This document shows, one piece after another, positions 1-8,681 of a DNA stretch of 40,357 bases. Position 1 is the first letter of the stretch, and each line of letters starts with the position of its first letter. The position numbers and the translations under genes were made by a program. Origin of the DNA: Bacteroidia bacterium (lineage in GTDB: Bacteria > Bacteroidota > Bacteroidia > AKYH767-A > 2013-40CM-41-45); contig DAORHY010000001.1 in assembly GCA_035438225.1 (NCBI GenBank), positions 1 to 40,357 of the forward strand, in the 5' to 3' direction. The notes below the pieces were generated by a model. The model did no database searches and was not told the origin of the DNA. It was given only the letters and a program-made list of their open reading frames with translations.

Positions 1-557
1 CGATTGACAATTTTTATCCCATTGAATTATTCAGTCCGCTCTTCAATTTTCGTACTGCAGCATTGTTGCTTTTTGCTGTGGGTTTATTTCTTCAATCCCG
101 TTGGACAGACACGTATCCGGCTACGTTGCGGATACCGAAGTTAAGTGACTTATTACGGATCGGAATCGTGGCTGCTGTCTTTGTGTTGCTTACAGTAGAA
201 ATCAGGGATTATTTTTATTTAAAGATCGCGCAGGAAGCTTCGGGTGAAGACATTCTGAGTGTCCTGTACAGAAACACCTGGAAAAACCAGCAACAACTTT
301 TCATATCCATTGCATGGCTATGCTATTCAATGTTGTTGATGGTGATTGGAATTTATCGTCAGCGCCTGAATGTCCGGCTGGTGTCCATTCTTCTCTTTGG
401 GCTGACGATTGCGAAAGTGTTTTTCTACGATCTTTCCTACCTGGATTCACTGCACCGTATCATTTCATTCATTGGCCTTGGCGTGATTCTTATCCTGGTG
501 TCATTTCTTTACCAGAAGTACAAGCACATCATTGGCATTTCAGGAAAAAAGGGATGA
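1..557 (+). CDS. Multi-pass membrane protein, C-terminal fragment (DUF2339-like); 5' end outside the window
   Basis: Frame 3 is open from base 3, with no stop before the listed TTG at 63, through the stop at 555-557. The translation is a series of hydrophobic helices (ISIAWLCYSMLLMVIGIY, LVSILLFGLTIAKVFFY, ISFIGLGVILILVSFLYQKY). The family name is recalled, not verified. Confidence 0.5.
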   Translation, partial: IDNFYPIELFSPLFNFRTAALLLFAVGLFLQSRWTDTYPATLRIPKLSDLLRIGIVAAVFVLLTVEIRDYFYLKIAQEASGEDILSVLYRNTWKNQQQLFISIAWLCYSMLLMVIGIYRQRLNVRLVSILLFGLTIAKVFFYDLSYLDSLHRIISFIGLGVILILVSFLYQKYKHIIGISGKKG

Positions 558-592
558 CAAAACGGAAGCTATCCACCAGTATTCAGGAAGCA

Positions 593-1312
593 TCACCTGT
601 TATCATCTTCGACTTTTCCGGAACCCACAACTTTTGAAGAAAGTTCCGGTTTGCCACGGTACTGAACCGTTCCATTTCCGGTAATTTTCACATCCAACTC
701 CCGGATGGCATAGACAGAAGCATTGCCACTGCCAACAAGCTTTACCGTGGCTTCATTGCAGGGTAACTTTTGCGCCAGCACATTCCCTGAACCTGCAATC
801 ACAACATCCTGAATATTCGCGGAACCTGCAAGCAGAATTGAACCGGATCCGCGCAAATCCGATTCTATACCCGCGGCAATGAATTTCCCATCAATGGTTC
901 CGGAACCGTTCAACGTGAGCTTAAGCTCATCAACGGCAAATGTATCCGGCACCCATATTCTTCCGCTTCCATTCAGTTCCAGTTCTTCGATATCCGGCAG
1001 GGTGACCACAATTTTTATCGGTTCATGATTTGCAAAACAACTCCGGCTGCTGATCTCCAATACGCCGCCGTCGACATCCGTCTTTATTTTTTCAAGCACA
1101 TTCTGCTGTGCAACAATATTAATGACTTCGATAGCGCCCTTAATGACAGAGACATCTGCATCAATGTCAAGCAGGATTCCACGGGCTCCGTCAACAGGAC
1201 GTTTGTCAGATACGGCTTCACCCTCCCCTTCAATACAATTTACCCCACAGGAAAAATGAAGCATGAAAAAAGGCAGGAGTACCAAAAGCCTGAAAATTTG
1301 TCGACGGTTCAT
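593..1312 (-). CDS. Secreted lipoprotein with DUF2807 (head GIN / putative adhesin head) repeats
   Basis: The ORF-track frame is 593..1465. I prefer the internal ATG at 1312, where MNRRQIFRLLVLLPFFMLHFSCG is a signal peptide with a lipobox-like Cys. The body is a repetitive GSG beta-strand pattern (LNGSGRIWV, LNGSGTIDG, LRGSGSILLAG, IAGSGNVLA, LVGSGNASV, ITGNGTVQY). Confidence 0.65.
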   Translation of the reverse strand: MNRRQIFRLLVLLPFFMLHFSCGVNCIEGEGEAVSDKRPVDGARGILLDIDADVSVIKGAIEVINIVAQQNVLEKIKTDVDGGVLEISSRSCFANHEPIKIVVTLPDIEELELNGSGRIWVPDTFAVDELKLTLNGSGTIDGKFIAAGIESDLRGSGSILLAGSANIQDVVIAGSGNVLAQKLPCNEATVKLVGSGNASVYAIRELDVKITGNGTVQYRGKPELSSKVVGSGKVEDDNR

Positions 1313-1586
1313 ACGCGGATGTTTTAACACTGTCAAACGTAGTTCATTCCGTCTTGAATTACAAGTAAAATTGGAATTCTCACAGCGTGTGCCGGGCAGC
1401 TGCGGATGATTCACCGGTGAACCATGACAAACTGAACACTGCCTCAAAATCCATACGCCATTCATGGAAATTCACTTGACAGAACCGAAGTCAAAATCTA
1501 CCTTCGGAGGATCGACCGTCCCCGGCATTTCTCCGCATCGTTTGCGGGCCGTATCGAGAGACGCAATCTACCGCACTGCTCCGAAC

Positions 1587-2816
1587 ATGAGAATCGTGAA
1601 TTCACCCGTCCTGTACCGCTCATTTTTTCTTCTGCTGTTAATTCTCTTCTCCGCTGTTCAAAACGGAACGACACAGTCGTTCACAAAGGAAAACCTGGTG
1701 AAGGATATCGATGATTACAAAAACAAGATTATTAAAAACCATGCTCACCCATTCAACTACATTCGCAAAGAGCAATTTCTGGACTCTGTTAATTTATTGA
1801 AATCAAAAGCTCCTGCAATGAATCTTGACGAATTGCAGGTTGCTTTTACACGTCTCAATTCATTGCTTCTGGATCCACACACATCCATAGGATTTCCGAA
1901 GGAGAATTTTTTTCCTGTTTCTATTTACTTATTTGATGACGGAATCTATCTCCTGGCAAGCTCCATTAAATATTCCAAACACCTGGGTTCCCGTATCCTT
2001 GCCATCAATGACATCCCCGTTGACACTGTTTTGTCAGTCTTGAAATGCCTGATTGGGACGAACAATCAAAGCTGGATCAAGCAATCACTTTCCGGATTGC
2101 TCACGGATCCGGGCACCCTCTGCGGGATGCACATTATTCCCACGAAAGATTCCGTGCCAATCACTCTGGTAAATGAAAAGGATACTTCCCGCCTGGTTGT
2201 TTATTCCGAGAATCAGTACAGCTTTGAACTGCAATCCTTCCAACCGGAGCAGTTGATGTTGCGGGCCGGGAGCAGGCAGAACTATTGGTACCAATATATC
2301 GCTGAAAAGAAATCATTGTACATACAATACCGGAGTTGTTTTGAGATTCCGGAAAGGCCGTTTGCCAAATTCCAGGAGAATGTCCTGGAAGAACTGCATT
2401 CATCCAAACCGGAACGAGTCATCATCGATGTCCGCAGCAATTCAGGGGGATCCATTAAAGTTTTTTTGCCACTCATCAAAGTACTGGCAAGAGACAGTGT
2501 CTGCAAATCTGCCAAAGTTTCTGTACTGACAGGAAGAAGAACTTTTTCAGCGGCGATCTGGAATACGTTTGAAATGAAAAATCAATTGAACGCAACGCTG
2601 ATCGGAGAAGAAACAGGCGGAGACCTCAATCATCCGGGTGCTGTGGTAAGCTTCACACTCAAACACTCAAAAATCAAAGTGTACTATTCCAACTATGATT
2701 TTTACCTCGACGCCACCGTGAAAGGTGGAATTCTTCCCGATATTTACATCCGGCATTACTGGGAGGACTATAAAAAAGGTTTTGATGCGGATCTTGAAAA
2801 AGCATTTACGTATTAA
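1587..2816 (+). CDS. Secreted S41-family (tail-specific protease-like) serine peptidase
   Basis: The internal ATG at 1587 gives the signal peptide MRIVNSPVLYRSFFLLLLILFSAVQ. IIDVRSNSGGS resembles the S41 DLRxNxGG box, and TGRRTFSAAIW resembles the S41 catalytic T-x-S-A box. Confidence 0.6.
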   Translation: MRIVNSPVLYRSFFLLLLILFSAVQNGTTQSFTKENLVKDIDDYKNKIIKNHAHPFNYIRKEQFLDSVNLLKSKAPAMNLDELQVAFTRLNSLLLDPHTSIGFPKENFFPVSIYLFDDGIYLLASSIKYSKHLGSRILAINDIPVDTVLSVLKCLIGTNNQSWIKQSLSGLLTDPGTLCGMHIIPTKDSVPITLVNEKDTSRLVVYSENQYSFELQSFQPEQLMLRAGSRQNYWYQYIAEKKSLYIQYRSCFEIPERPFAKFQENVLEELHSSKPERVIIDVRSNSGGSIKVFLPLIKVLARDSVCKSAKVSVLTGRRTFSAAIWNTFEMKNQLNATLIGEETGGDLNHPGAVVSFTLKHSKIKVYYSNYDFYLDATVKGGILPDIYIRHYWEDYKKGFDADLEKAFTY

Positions 2817-2849
2817 AGGTGAAGTGTTGGGTGAAAGAAACATTCATTT

Positions 2850-3073
2850 CCACTAAAATTATTTTAGGGCACCTCTAATAACCTCTTCCGGGTGCTGTTA
2901 ATTTAGGTCACAATTTCTATCATTAGCTTTCGATGCTTGATCTTTTTTTGCAATACTTCGTTGTTCATCAGTCTGATACTTAGCTTCAGTATCATCCCTC
3001 CTCACGCCTCGTCTTGCAAAAAAATATCAAAACACATCACCCAGAATAGGTTATTAGCAGTGCCCTTTAGTGG
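2850..3073. repeat. MITE-like nested inverted-repeat element in the S41/pepD intergenic region
   Basis: The outer arms are CCACTAAA(attatttt)AGGGCACctCTAATAACCT (2850-2884) and AGGTTATTAGcaGTGCCCTTTAGTGG (3048-3073). The inner arms are TTTTTTTGCAA (2943-2953) and TTGCAAAAAAA (3014-3024). The central hairpin is TGATACT-tagcttc-AGTATCA (about 2974-2994). Confidence 0.5.
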
Positions 3074-3081
3074 ATAATTAC

Positions 3082-3089
3082 TACCTTTG
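3082..3089 (+). promoter_or_regulatory. Bacteroidetes -7 promoter box (TACCTTTG) for pepD
   Basis: TACCTTTG matches TAnnTTTG and ends 25 nt upstream of the pepD ATG at 3114. Confidence 0.4.
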
Positions 3090-3113
3090 ATTTTGAACTA
3101 AAAATATTCTTTT

Positions 3114-4577
3114 ATGTCAACGAATATACGCTCCCTGTCCCCTGCTCCTTTGTGGAATAATTTTGCAGACCTGAATGCAATTCCGCGTGCTTCCAAAAAA
3201 GAACAACGCGTCATTGAATTCGCAAAATCCTTTGGTGAAAAACTTGGCTTGCCAACGCATGTCGATGCAATCGGGAATGTGATTATCAAAAAGCCTGCAA
3301 CACCGGGTATGGAAAAACGGATGACAGTTGCACTCCAGGGGCATCTCGACATGGTGCATCAAAAAAATTCAGCGACTCAATTTAATTTTGACACCCAGGG
3401 AATTGACATGCTCGTGGAAGGCGACTGGGTCAGGGCGAATGGAACTACGCTTGGAGCCGATAATGGCATTGGCGTTGCGGCGATCATGACCCTGCTGGCC
3501 TCCAAAGATATCGCCCACCCTCCGCTGGAAGCGCTGTTCACCATCGATGAAGAAACCGGGATGACCGGTGCATTGGGCCTGAAAGGCGGGCTGCTGAACG
3601 CGAAAGTAATGCTCAACCTGGATACAGAAGACGACCGTGAACTTACCATCGGATGCGCAGGTGGTGTGGATGTTACCGCGACCGGTACGTATGCGGAAGA
3701 ATCTGCCCCGGCAGGAAACGCCGGATTCCGGATCCAGGTGAAAGGCCTTACAGGCGGACATTCCGGTATGGACATTCACAAAGGCAGAGGCAATGCAAAT
3801 AAAATCATGAACAGGATTTTATCGGTAATTGCGGATGCGTTTGATGTCCGCATCGGTAGTGTCGACGGAGGAAGTTTGCGGAATGCCATTCCGCGGGAAT
3901 CCGTTGTTCACCTGGCCATTCCTGCAGCTCAAAAGGATGCCCTGAATAAAATGGTGCGGGATCTTGCCGCTACTTTAAAAAAGGAAAATCACTCCACCGA
4001 CCCGAACCTGGCAATTGAAATACAAGATGCAGATACCCCCGCCCGTGTTGCCGGTGCCGCTTTCATGAAAAGCTTTCTGAGAAGCGTATATGCCTGCCCG
4101 AATGGCATCTACCGGATGAGCCCTGAAATTAAAGATCTTGTCCAGACATCAAACAACGTTGCACGCATCCTGCTGAAAGACGGAACGTACACCATTCAAT
4201 GCCTCACCCGCAGCGCGGTGGATAGCGAAAAAATGGATCTTGCACAATCAATAAAGTCCTGCTTTGAACTCATCGGTGCGAATGTCACCTATGCAGGGAG
4301 TTATCCCGGATGGGCACCAGCTCCGGAGTCATCCATCGTCCGACTGATGAGTGGTTTGTATACGGAACGGTTCAAGGCGGTACCACTGGTGAATGCCTGT
4401 CATGCGGGATTGGAATGCGGCATCATCGGCGCGAATTACCCTGAAACCGAAATGATATCCTTCGGACCGAATATTCACGGCGCTCATTCCCCGGATGAAA
4501 AAGTACAGGTAAGCTCCGTTCAGAAATTCTGGGACTTCCTGCTGGAAACGCTGAAAAGAATTCCGGAAGCCAACTAA
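3114..4577 (+). CDS. pepD: Aminoacyl-histidine (Xaa-His) dipeptidase, M20C family
   Basis: The 487-aa product has typical PepD blocks: LWNNFADLNAIPRASKKE, DAIGNVIIKKPATPGME, ALQGHLDMV, GTTLGADNGIGVAA and FTIDEETGMTGA. The C-terminal block is ECGIIGANYP...ISFGPNIHGAHSPDE. Confidence 0.9.
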   Translation: MSTNIRSLSPAPLWNNFADLNAIPRASKKEQRVIEFAKSFGEKLGLPTHVDAIGNVIIKKPATPGMEKRMTVALQGHLDMVHQKNSATQFNFDTQGIDMLVEGDWVRANGTTLGADNGIGVAAIMTLLASKDIAHPPLEALFTIDEETGMTGALGLKGGLLNAKVMLNLDTEDDRELTIGCAGGVDVTATGTYAEESAPAGNAGFRIQVKGLTGGHSGMDIHKGRGNANKIMNRILSVIADAFDVRIGSVDGGSLRNAIPRESVVHLAIPAAQKDALNKMVRDLAATLKKENHSTDPNLAIEIQDADTPARVAGAAFMKSFLRSVYACPNGIYRMSPEIKDLVQTSNNVARILLKDGTYTIQCLTRSAVDSEKMDLAQSIKSCFELIGANVTYAGSYPGWAPAPESSIVRLMSGLYTERFKAVPLVNACHAGLECGIIGANYPETEMISFGPNIHGAHSPDEKVQVSSVQKFWDFLLETLKRIPEAN

Positions 4578-4601
4578 ACCGAAGCCATCAGCGCCTCCGG
4601 A

Positions 4602-7004
4602 TTATTTTTCAATGCTCAACCTCCGGTCGAAGGAAGAACCATTTTCCGAAACAAACCGCAGGTAATAAATTCCTGCACTGAAATCCGACAAATCTATTTT
4701 TGTATCCTTTTCAATTCCGGCAAGTCCAAGGAACACTTCTTTTCCATATTGATCGCGGACGGAGACAGAAGAAGGCAGCTCCATTTCATTCCGGATAAAA
4801 AGTGCATCGGAAGCAGGGTTCGGATACATACTGATATTCATTTCACTTTGCTTTCCCGGCTCCGTCCAGCACCAGTCCGAAAGCACAGACCTTCCGTCAA
4901 AATCGGTTTGCCTCAACCGGTAATACGTGAGACCCGGTAGCGGATGCTTGTCGTCAAAAAAATAATTTCGCGGAACATTGCTATTGCCGGCTCCTGGAAC
5001 GATTGCCAGGACCTCGAAGTTTACTGAATCACCCGAACGTTCAATTGAAAAAAAATCATTATTTATTTCCGAAGCAGTGGTCCATGCTATGCGTACCAGG
5101 GATTCTTCCACAGAGTGACAATGAAAATCTACCAGGTGAATCGGGAGTGTTACTGAACTGACATTGGCCAGGGAAATCGGGCCAAAGTTTGACAGTGCAG
5201 ATGCAGATACAATCGTTCCGGAACCGATTGTTCCTGTCACACCTCCATTTCCATGATCCTTCCATTTTGATCCTGCGACATCCCAACGTGTGAGCCGCAT
5301 ATCTGCAGGTGTAGTCACGTTGCAACTGTATTCATTCCAGCCTGCCGTAACGGTGACTGATGACGATCCGGATGTCCGGTTCAGATTCCAGTATTCACAA
5401 CGGCTCACATTGTTAATCGTTGAATCAACCTGCGTCACATCATAGGCAAAATCCGGATCCTGAATATGATAGGATACTGAGAATTGATCCGACACCAGAC
5501 CCGGGGCAGATATTCTCAATGGGTTATAAATGCCTGCATTGCCCACAGGAAAAGTGAAGGCAGTATTACCGGTTTTCATGACAAGGCCGTCAACAAATGA
5601 ATTGTTACCTGCACCGGTTGCACTGGCTCCGGCCAATAATATCAGCGTTGAGAGTTGATTCACAATCCCGGCACTCAAAGTAAGCGTTCCCGAAATCTGC
5701 TGAGTGCCGCTGGAAATACTGACACCATTTGCATTGTTGATGACCAGATTGTAAAAAGTTACTGTGCCCGGACTGCTTATTTCAGACGAGTTGGTTCCGG
5801 CAAAGGTTACCGTACCCGAGCGACAAATGAATGGAGTAGCATTCGATGAGGTGACAACCCAATTCCGGTTTTCCTGAATACTGTAATTCGAACTGCTTAC
5901 ATCCAGTACTGCAGAGCCGGCAATGGAAAAATCCCCTTCCACAACTATATTTCCTGCGAGGGTTTTCGTTCCTGCTGCCTGAATAGTCAGATGACCATAG
6001 GATGCAGGCGCAGCTGAAATTGTCTGTGCCCCGTTCACCTGGTAAATCACAGTGCTGCTGCTGTTCAGGGAAATATTTGCAGTAGTAAAAGATGTTGGGA
6101 AGAAAACAGTTGCAGCGTTTCCGGCATTCCCCAGCGATAAGGTTGTTCCGGAAGCAAGATTCAGCACCCCGGTGCTGTTGCCAGTAATCTGGTAAATGGA
6201 GCACGCAAGTGTTGCCGATCCGGAGACCGTCAGGTTCTTATTCACGGTAGTATTTCCGGCAAGTGTTTTTGTTCCGCTTCCGGAAACAGTCAGGTGGTGA
6301 TAGGTGGTTGAAAAAATAGTTTGTGTTCCATTCGCACAATAATTTACCGTATTGACAGCGGCGGATGCGGAAAATAAATTCCCCGATCCGGAGTATGAAA
6401 TGTTGCCGGAAATATTTAAGGTTGAACCATTGCTGTTGGTCCAGGTGCTCCCACCCAATAAATTCGTCAATACCAGGTTCCCGGTATTGTTCACCGTTCC
6501 GCTATTGGTGAATGAAGACAGGATCAACGTCATGGACGTTACACTCAAAGTTCCGGAGTTGGAAAAACTACAGTTGAATGCTGAATAGGTTCCGACGGAA
6601 ACAACTCCTGAATTCGAAAAACTTCCTCCGAAAAGCGGGTTCAACGTAAATGTTCCTGAACCGCTGATCGTTCCTGCATTACTTGAATTTGACGAACCCA
6701 ACAGCCCGATCACACGAAAGGAACTGTTCACCGTCATGGTTCCGCCCGCCTGTACCGCAATCGAATTGACGCTGAACAATCCGGATGTACTGATCGTATA
6801 TCCGCTGCCGATGACTACATCGTCCAGACTTCCCGGTGCGGAAACCGCAGCAATGCCGCCAAGACCCACTGTACTCCAGGAAGAGCTTGCATTCGATAAA
6901 CCATTCAACCGCGAATAATACGTCGCTGCCCGGACAGCAGATGCTGCCAACACCAGCATCGTACCGATCAGTAGCGTACGTGTAATATTTAAAGTTGATT
7001 TCAC
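4602..7004 (-). CDS. Large Ser/Thr/Asn/Gly-rich cell-surface (adhesin-like) protein with T9SS C-terminal sorting domain
   Basis: The signal peptide is MKSTLNITRTLLIGTMLVLAASAVRA. The 800-aa repetitive beta-helix-like body carries many GSG/TLAGN repeats. The C-terminus YPNPASDALFI...AGIYYLRFVSENG is a type A T9SS CTD. Confidence 0.75.
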   Translation of the reverse strand: MKSTLNITRTLLIGTMLVLAASAVRAATYYSRLNGLSNASSSWSTVGLGGIAAVSAPGSLDDVVIGSGYTISTSGLFSVNSIAVQAGGTMTVNSSFRVIGLLGSSNSSNAGTISGSGTFTLNPLFGGSFSNSGVVSVGTYSAFNCSFSNSGTLSVTSMTLILSSFTNSGTVNNTGNLVLTNLLGGSTWTNSNGSTLNISGNISYSGSGNLFSASAAVNTVNYCANGTQTIFSTTYHHLTVSGSGTKTLAGNTTVNKNLTVSGSATLACSIYQITGNSTGVLNLASGTTLSLGNAGNAATVFFPTSFTTANISLNSSSTVIYQVNGAQTISAAPASYGHLTIQAAGTKTLAGNIVVEGDFSIAGSAVLDVSSSNYSIQENRNWVVTSSNATPFICRSGTVTFAGTNSSEISSPGTVTFYNLVINNANGVSISSGTQQISGTLTLSAGIVNQLSTLILLAGASATGAGNNSFVDGLVMKTGNTAFTFPVGNAGIYNPLRISAPGLVSDQFSVSYHIQDPDFAYDVTQVDSTINNVSRCEYWNLNRTSGSSSVTVTAGWNEYSCNVTTPADMRLTRWDVAGSKWKDHGNGGVTGTIGSGTIVSASALSNFGPISLANVSSVTLPIHLVDFHCHSVEESLVRIAWTTASEINNDFFSIERSGDSVNFEVLAIVPGAGNSNVPRNYFFDDKHPLPGLTYYRLRQTDFDGRSVLSDWCWTEPGKQSEMNISMYPNPASDALFIRNEMELPSSVSVRDQYGKEVFLGLAGIEKDTKIDLSDFSAGIYYLRFVSENGSSFDRRLSIEK

Positions 7005-7207
7005 TTGAAATTATCCGTTCATCCAGGACGTTTTTACGGAGATCCGGAATTTTGCCTGTAAACAAATTCTTTCGTCCTCCAAACAACACTGATTTCACCC
7101 TGTTTCTCAATATAGTCTGTCCACAGGAGGAAGCAGAACAATTCGCGGAAAGTCTGACAGTATTGAAACAAACAATCTGTAAGATTTTGGCCTATATTTT
7201 TTAATCT

Positions 7208-7246
7208 ATAAAAAAGGGTGCAAAAGGAATTCCTCCTTTTACACCC
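7208..7246 (-). terminator. Rho-independent terminator downstream of the 7337..8314 lipoprotein gene
   Basis: The minus strand reads GGGTGTAAAAGGAGGAATTCCTTTTGCACCC, a 13-bp stem with one mismatch, followed by TTTTTT. Confidence 0.6.
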
Positions 7247-7336
7247 TCGCAGAAAACAGGTATGTCCCTGTTTATTTTTTTACAGCATCGACCGGAAGCT
7301 GTCCATCGGTTAATTATTTCAAAAAGCCATCCACTG

Positions 7337-8314
7337 TCAGTAACTCAGAATAACGCTGTTCGAAGTTCCGTTCACTGTCCATGAAACCCTGTACCCGTAA
7401 GCACATGCATAAGGTGTCGGATTGCCATTTTGATCGAGGCCCAGGCTCAGCGTAAAGTCTGCATTGTTGAGATGATGTACCAATTCGCCGGAATTAAATC
7501 TCCACAGCCCGCAATAGGTATTGGAAACAATCGGGGAGTTGTAATAGGTTGTGAAATTCTCGCCGAATCTGTTTACACCCCAGCTGTCGACATTGTTGAA
7601 TCCGTTCAGTGTAGTATCCCCCTTCGCGGTAAACAGGATGTGTGCATACGGAATGTTTGGATTTGTGGAAGCCTGAACATAATTCCATTCTGTTGTACGC
7701 GCACTGTTCCAGGTAGCGCTCAGGTTATTATCAAACGTAACCGCAATATTCAAGGCGCGTTCCTGGTATTTCAGTGTGGAGGTACTCAGAAGAAATCCAA
7801 TCCAGTTATTGCCATTGATGTTTTTTAATGTTTTCACGCCATTGAACGTGATCGATTTGTTATCACTCAGCCGTGTCACCTTGAAGTTCGTGTAGGTGAG
7901 CGTAAGAACCGATCCCACATCGCTCCAGTGAACCCCGGAAGTCAGCTGAACTTTAATCTGCCCGGAACGGGTTCTGGACGGAGAGAAACAAGGAGTCACT
8001 CCGTCAAAATTATAGAACAGTATTTTGTTTGCGATCTGCGAAGAATCGATGACGACTCCGCACAAAGGACTTGACAACACGGCTGCACCCTGGGCAACTC
8101 TGCCAAAAGCAGGAATGTCACTGAGCGAACTGTTGATGTCATTATCTGCCTGGTCCGATTCGGATTTGTAATTATTTGCATCTGAATTAAACTGCGACAC
8201 TTTCGCATCGAGTTGTGCCTGCTCTGTTTCAGAATCATTATTTTTTTTACAGGCACTCAACATTAAAATGCCGGCTCCTGCAAAAATTATCAATGCAATC
8301 AACCTGGTTTTCAT
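7337..8314 (-). CDS. Hypothetical lipoprotein
   Basis: The ORF-track frame is 7337..8407. The internal ATG at 8314 gives MKTRLIALIIFAGAGILMLSAC, a signal peptide with a lipobox Cys. I recognise no family. Confidence 0.6.
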   Translation of the reverse strand: MKTRLIALIIFAGAGILMLSACKKNNDSETEQAQLDAKVSQFNSDANNYKSESDQADNDINSSLSDIPAFGRVAQGAAVLSSPLCGVVIDSSQIANKILFYNFDGVTPCFSPSRTRSGQIKVQLTSGVHWSDVGSVLTLTYTNFKVTRLSDNKSITFNGVKTLKNINGNNWIGFLLSTSTLKYQERALNIAVTFDNNLSATWNSARTTEWNYVQASTNPNIPYAHILFTAKGDTTLNGFNNVDSWGVNRFGENFTTYYNSPIVSNTYCGLWRFNSGELVHHLNNADFTLSLGLDQNGNPTPYACAYGYRVSWTVNGTSNSVILSY

Positions 8315-8681
8315 TGCGAATTGTTTTTGTGTGTGAAAATTAAATTTGAATATAAAGGTAATCATTGACGTGCTATGCTGCTTCACATCACTCAAAATTA
8401 TGAACAATAAAAGATGAATTCATCCAAAAACTCCCGGCCTTAACGGATGCCGGCTTTCAGATACTCTAACGGAAGTTTTTAAAAAACATTGTAACTATTT
8501 TAACGCAACACCGGCCTTCATCCGGACTTCAGAATAAAAACTGAATCCTTTTTTTTGAAGATTATTGAATCTTTTTATGAGAATTTACAAAAGGCTGCTT
8601 AAAAAACTGAAAAATATCAGGACGACGCAGATTTCCGGTCAGCAGCCGGAAATGCCTGGACCTTTCCGGAAAGCCTGCATC

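Noticed and set aside
3369-3779. Long antisense or overlapping ORFs inside confident genes (for example 3369..3779, 5782..6204, 10608..11066, 26347..26808, 38138..38548, 38969..39382)
   Set aside because: Each lies wholly within a longer ORF that has clear family motifs on the other strand or frame. Their translations are low-complexity or Arg/Ser/Cys-rich, as expected of shadow ORFs.
8631-8675. Two adjacent perfect palindromes (ATTTCCGG-N7-CCGGAAAT and CTTTCCGGAAAG) just downstream of the BNR gene stop, as a possible terminator
   Set aside because: The structure is real, but neither hairpin is followed by a U-tract on the minus strand, so I did not list it as a terminator feature. It may still be a U-less terminator.
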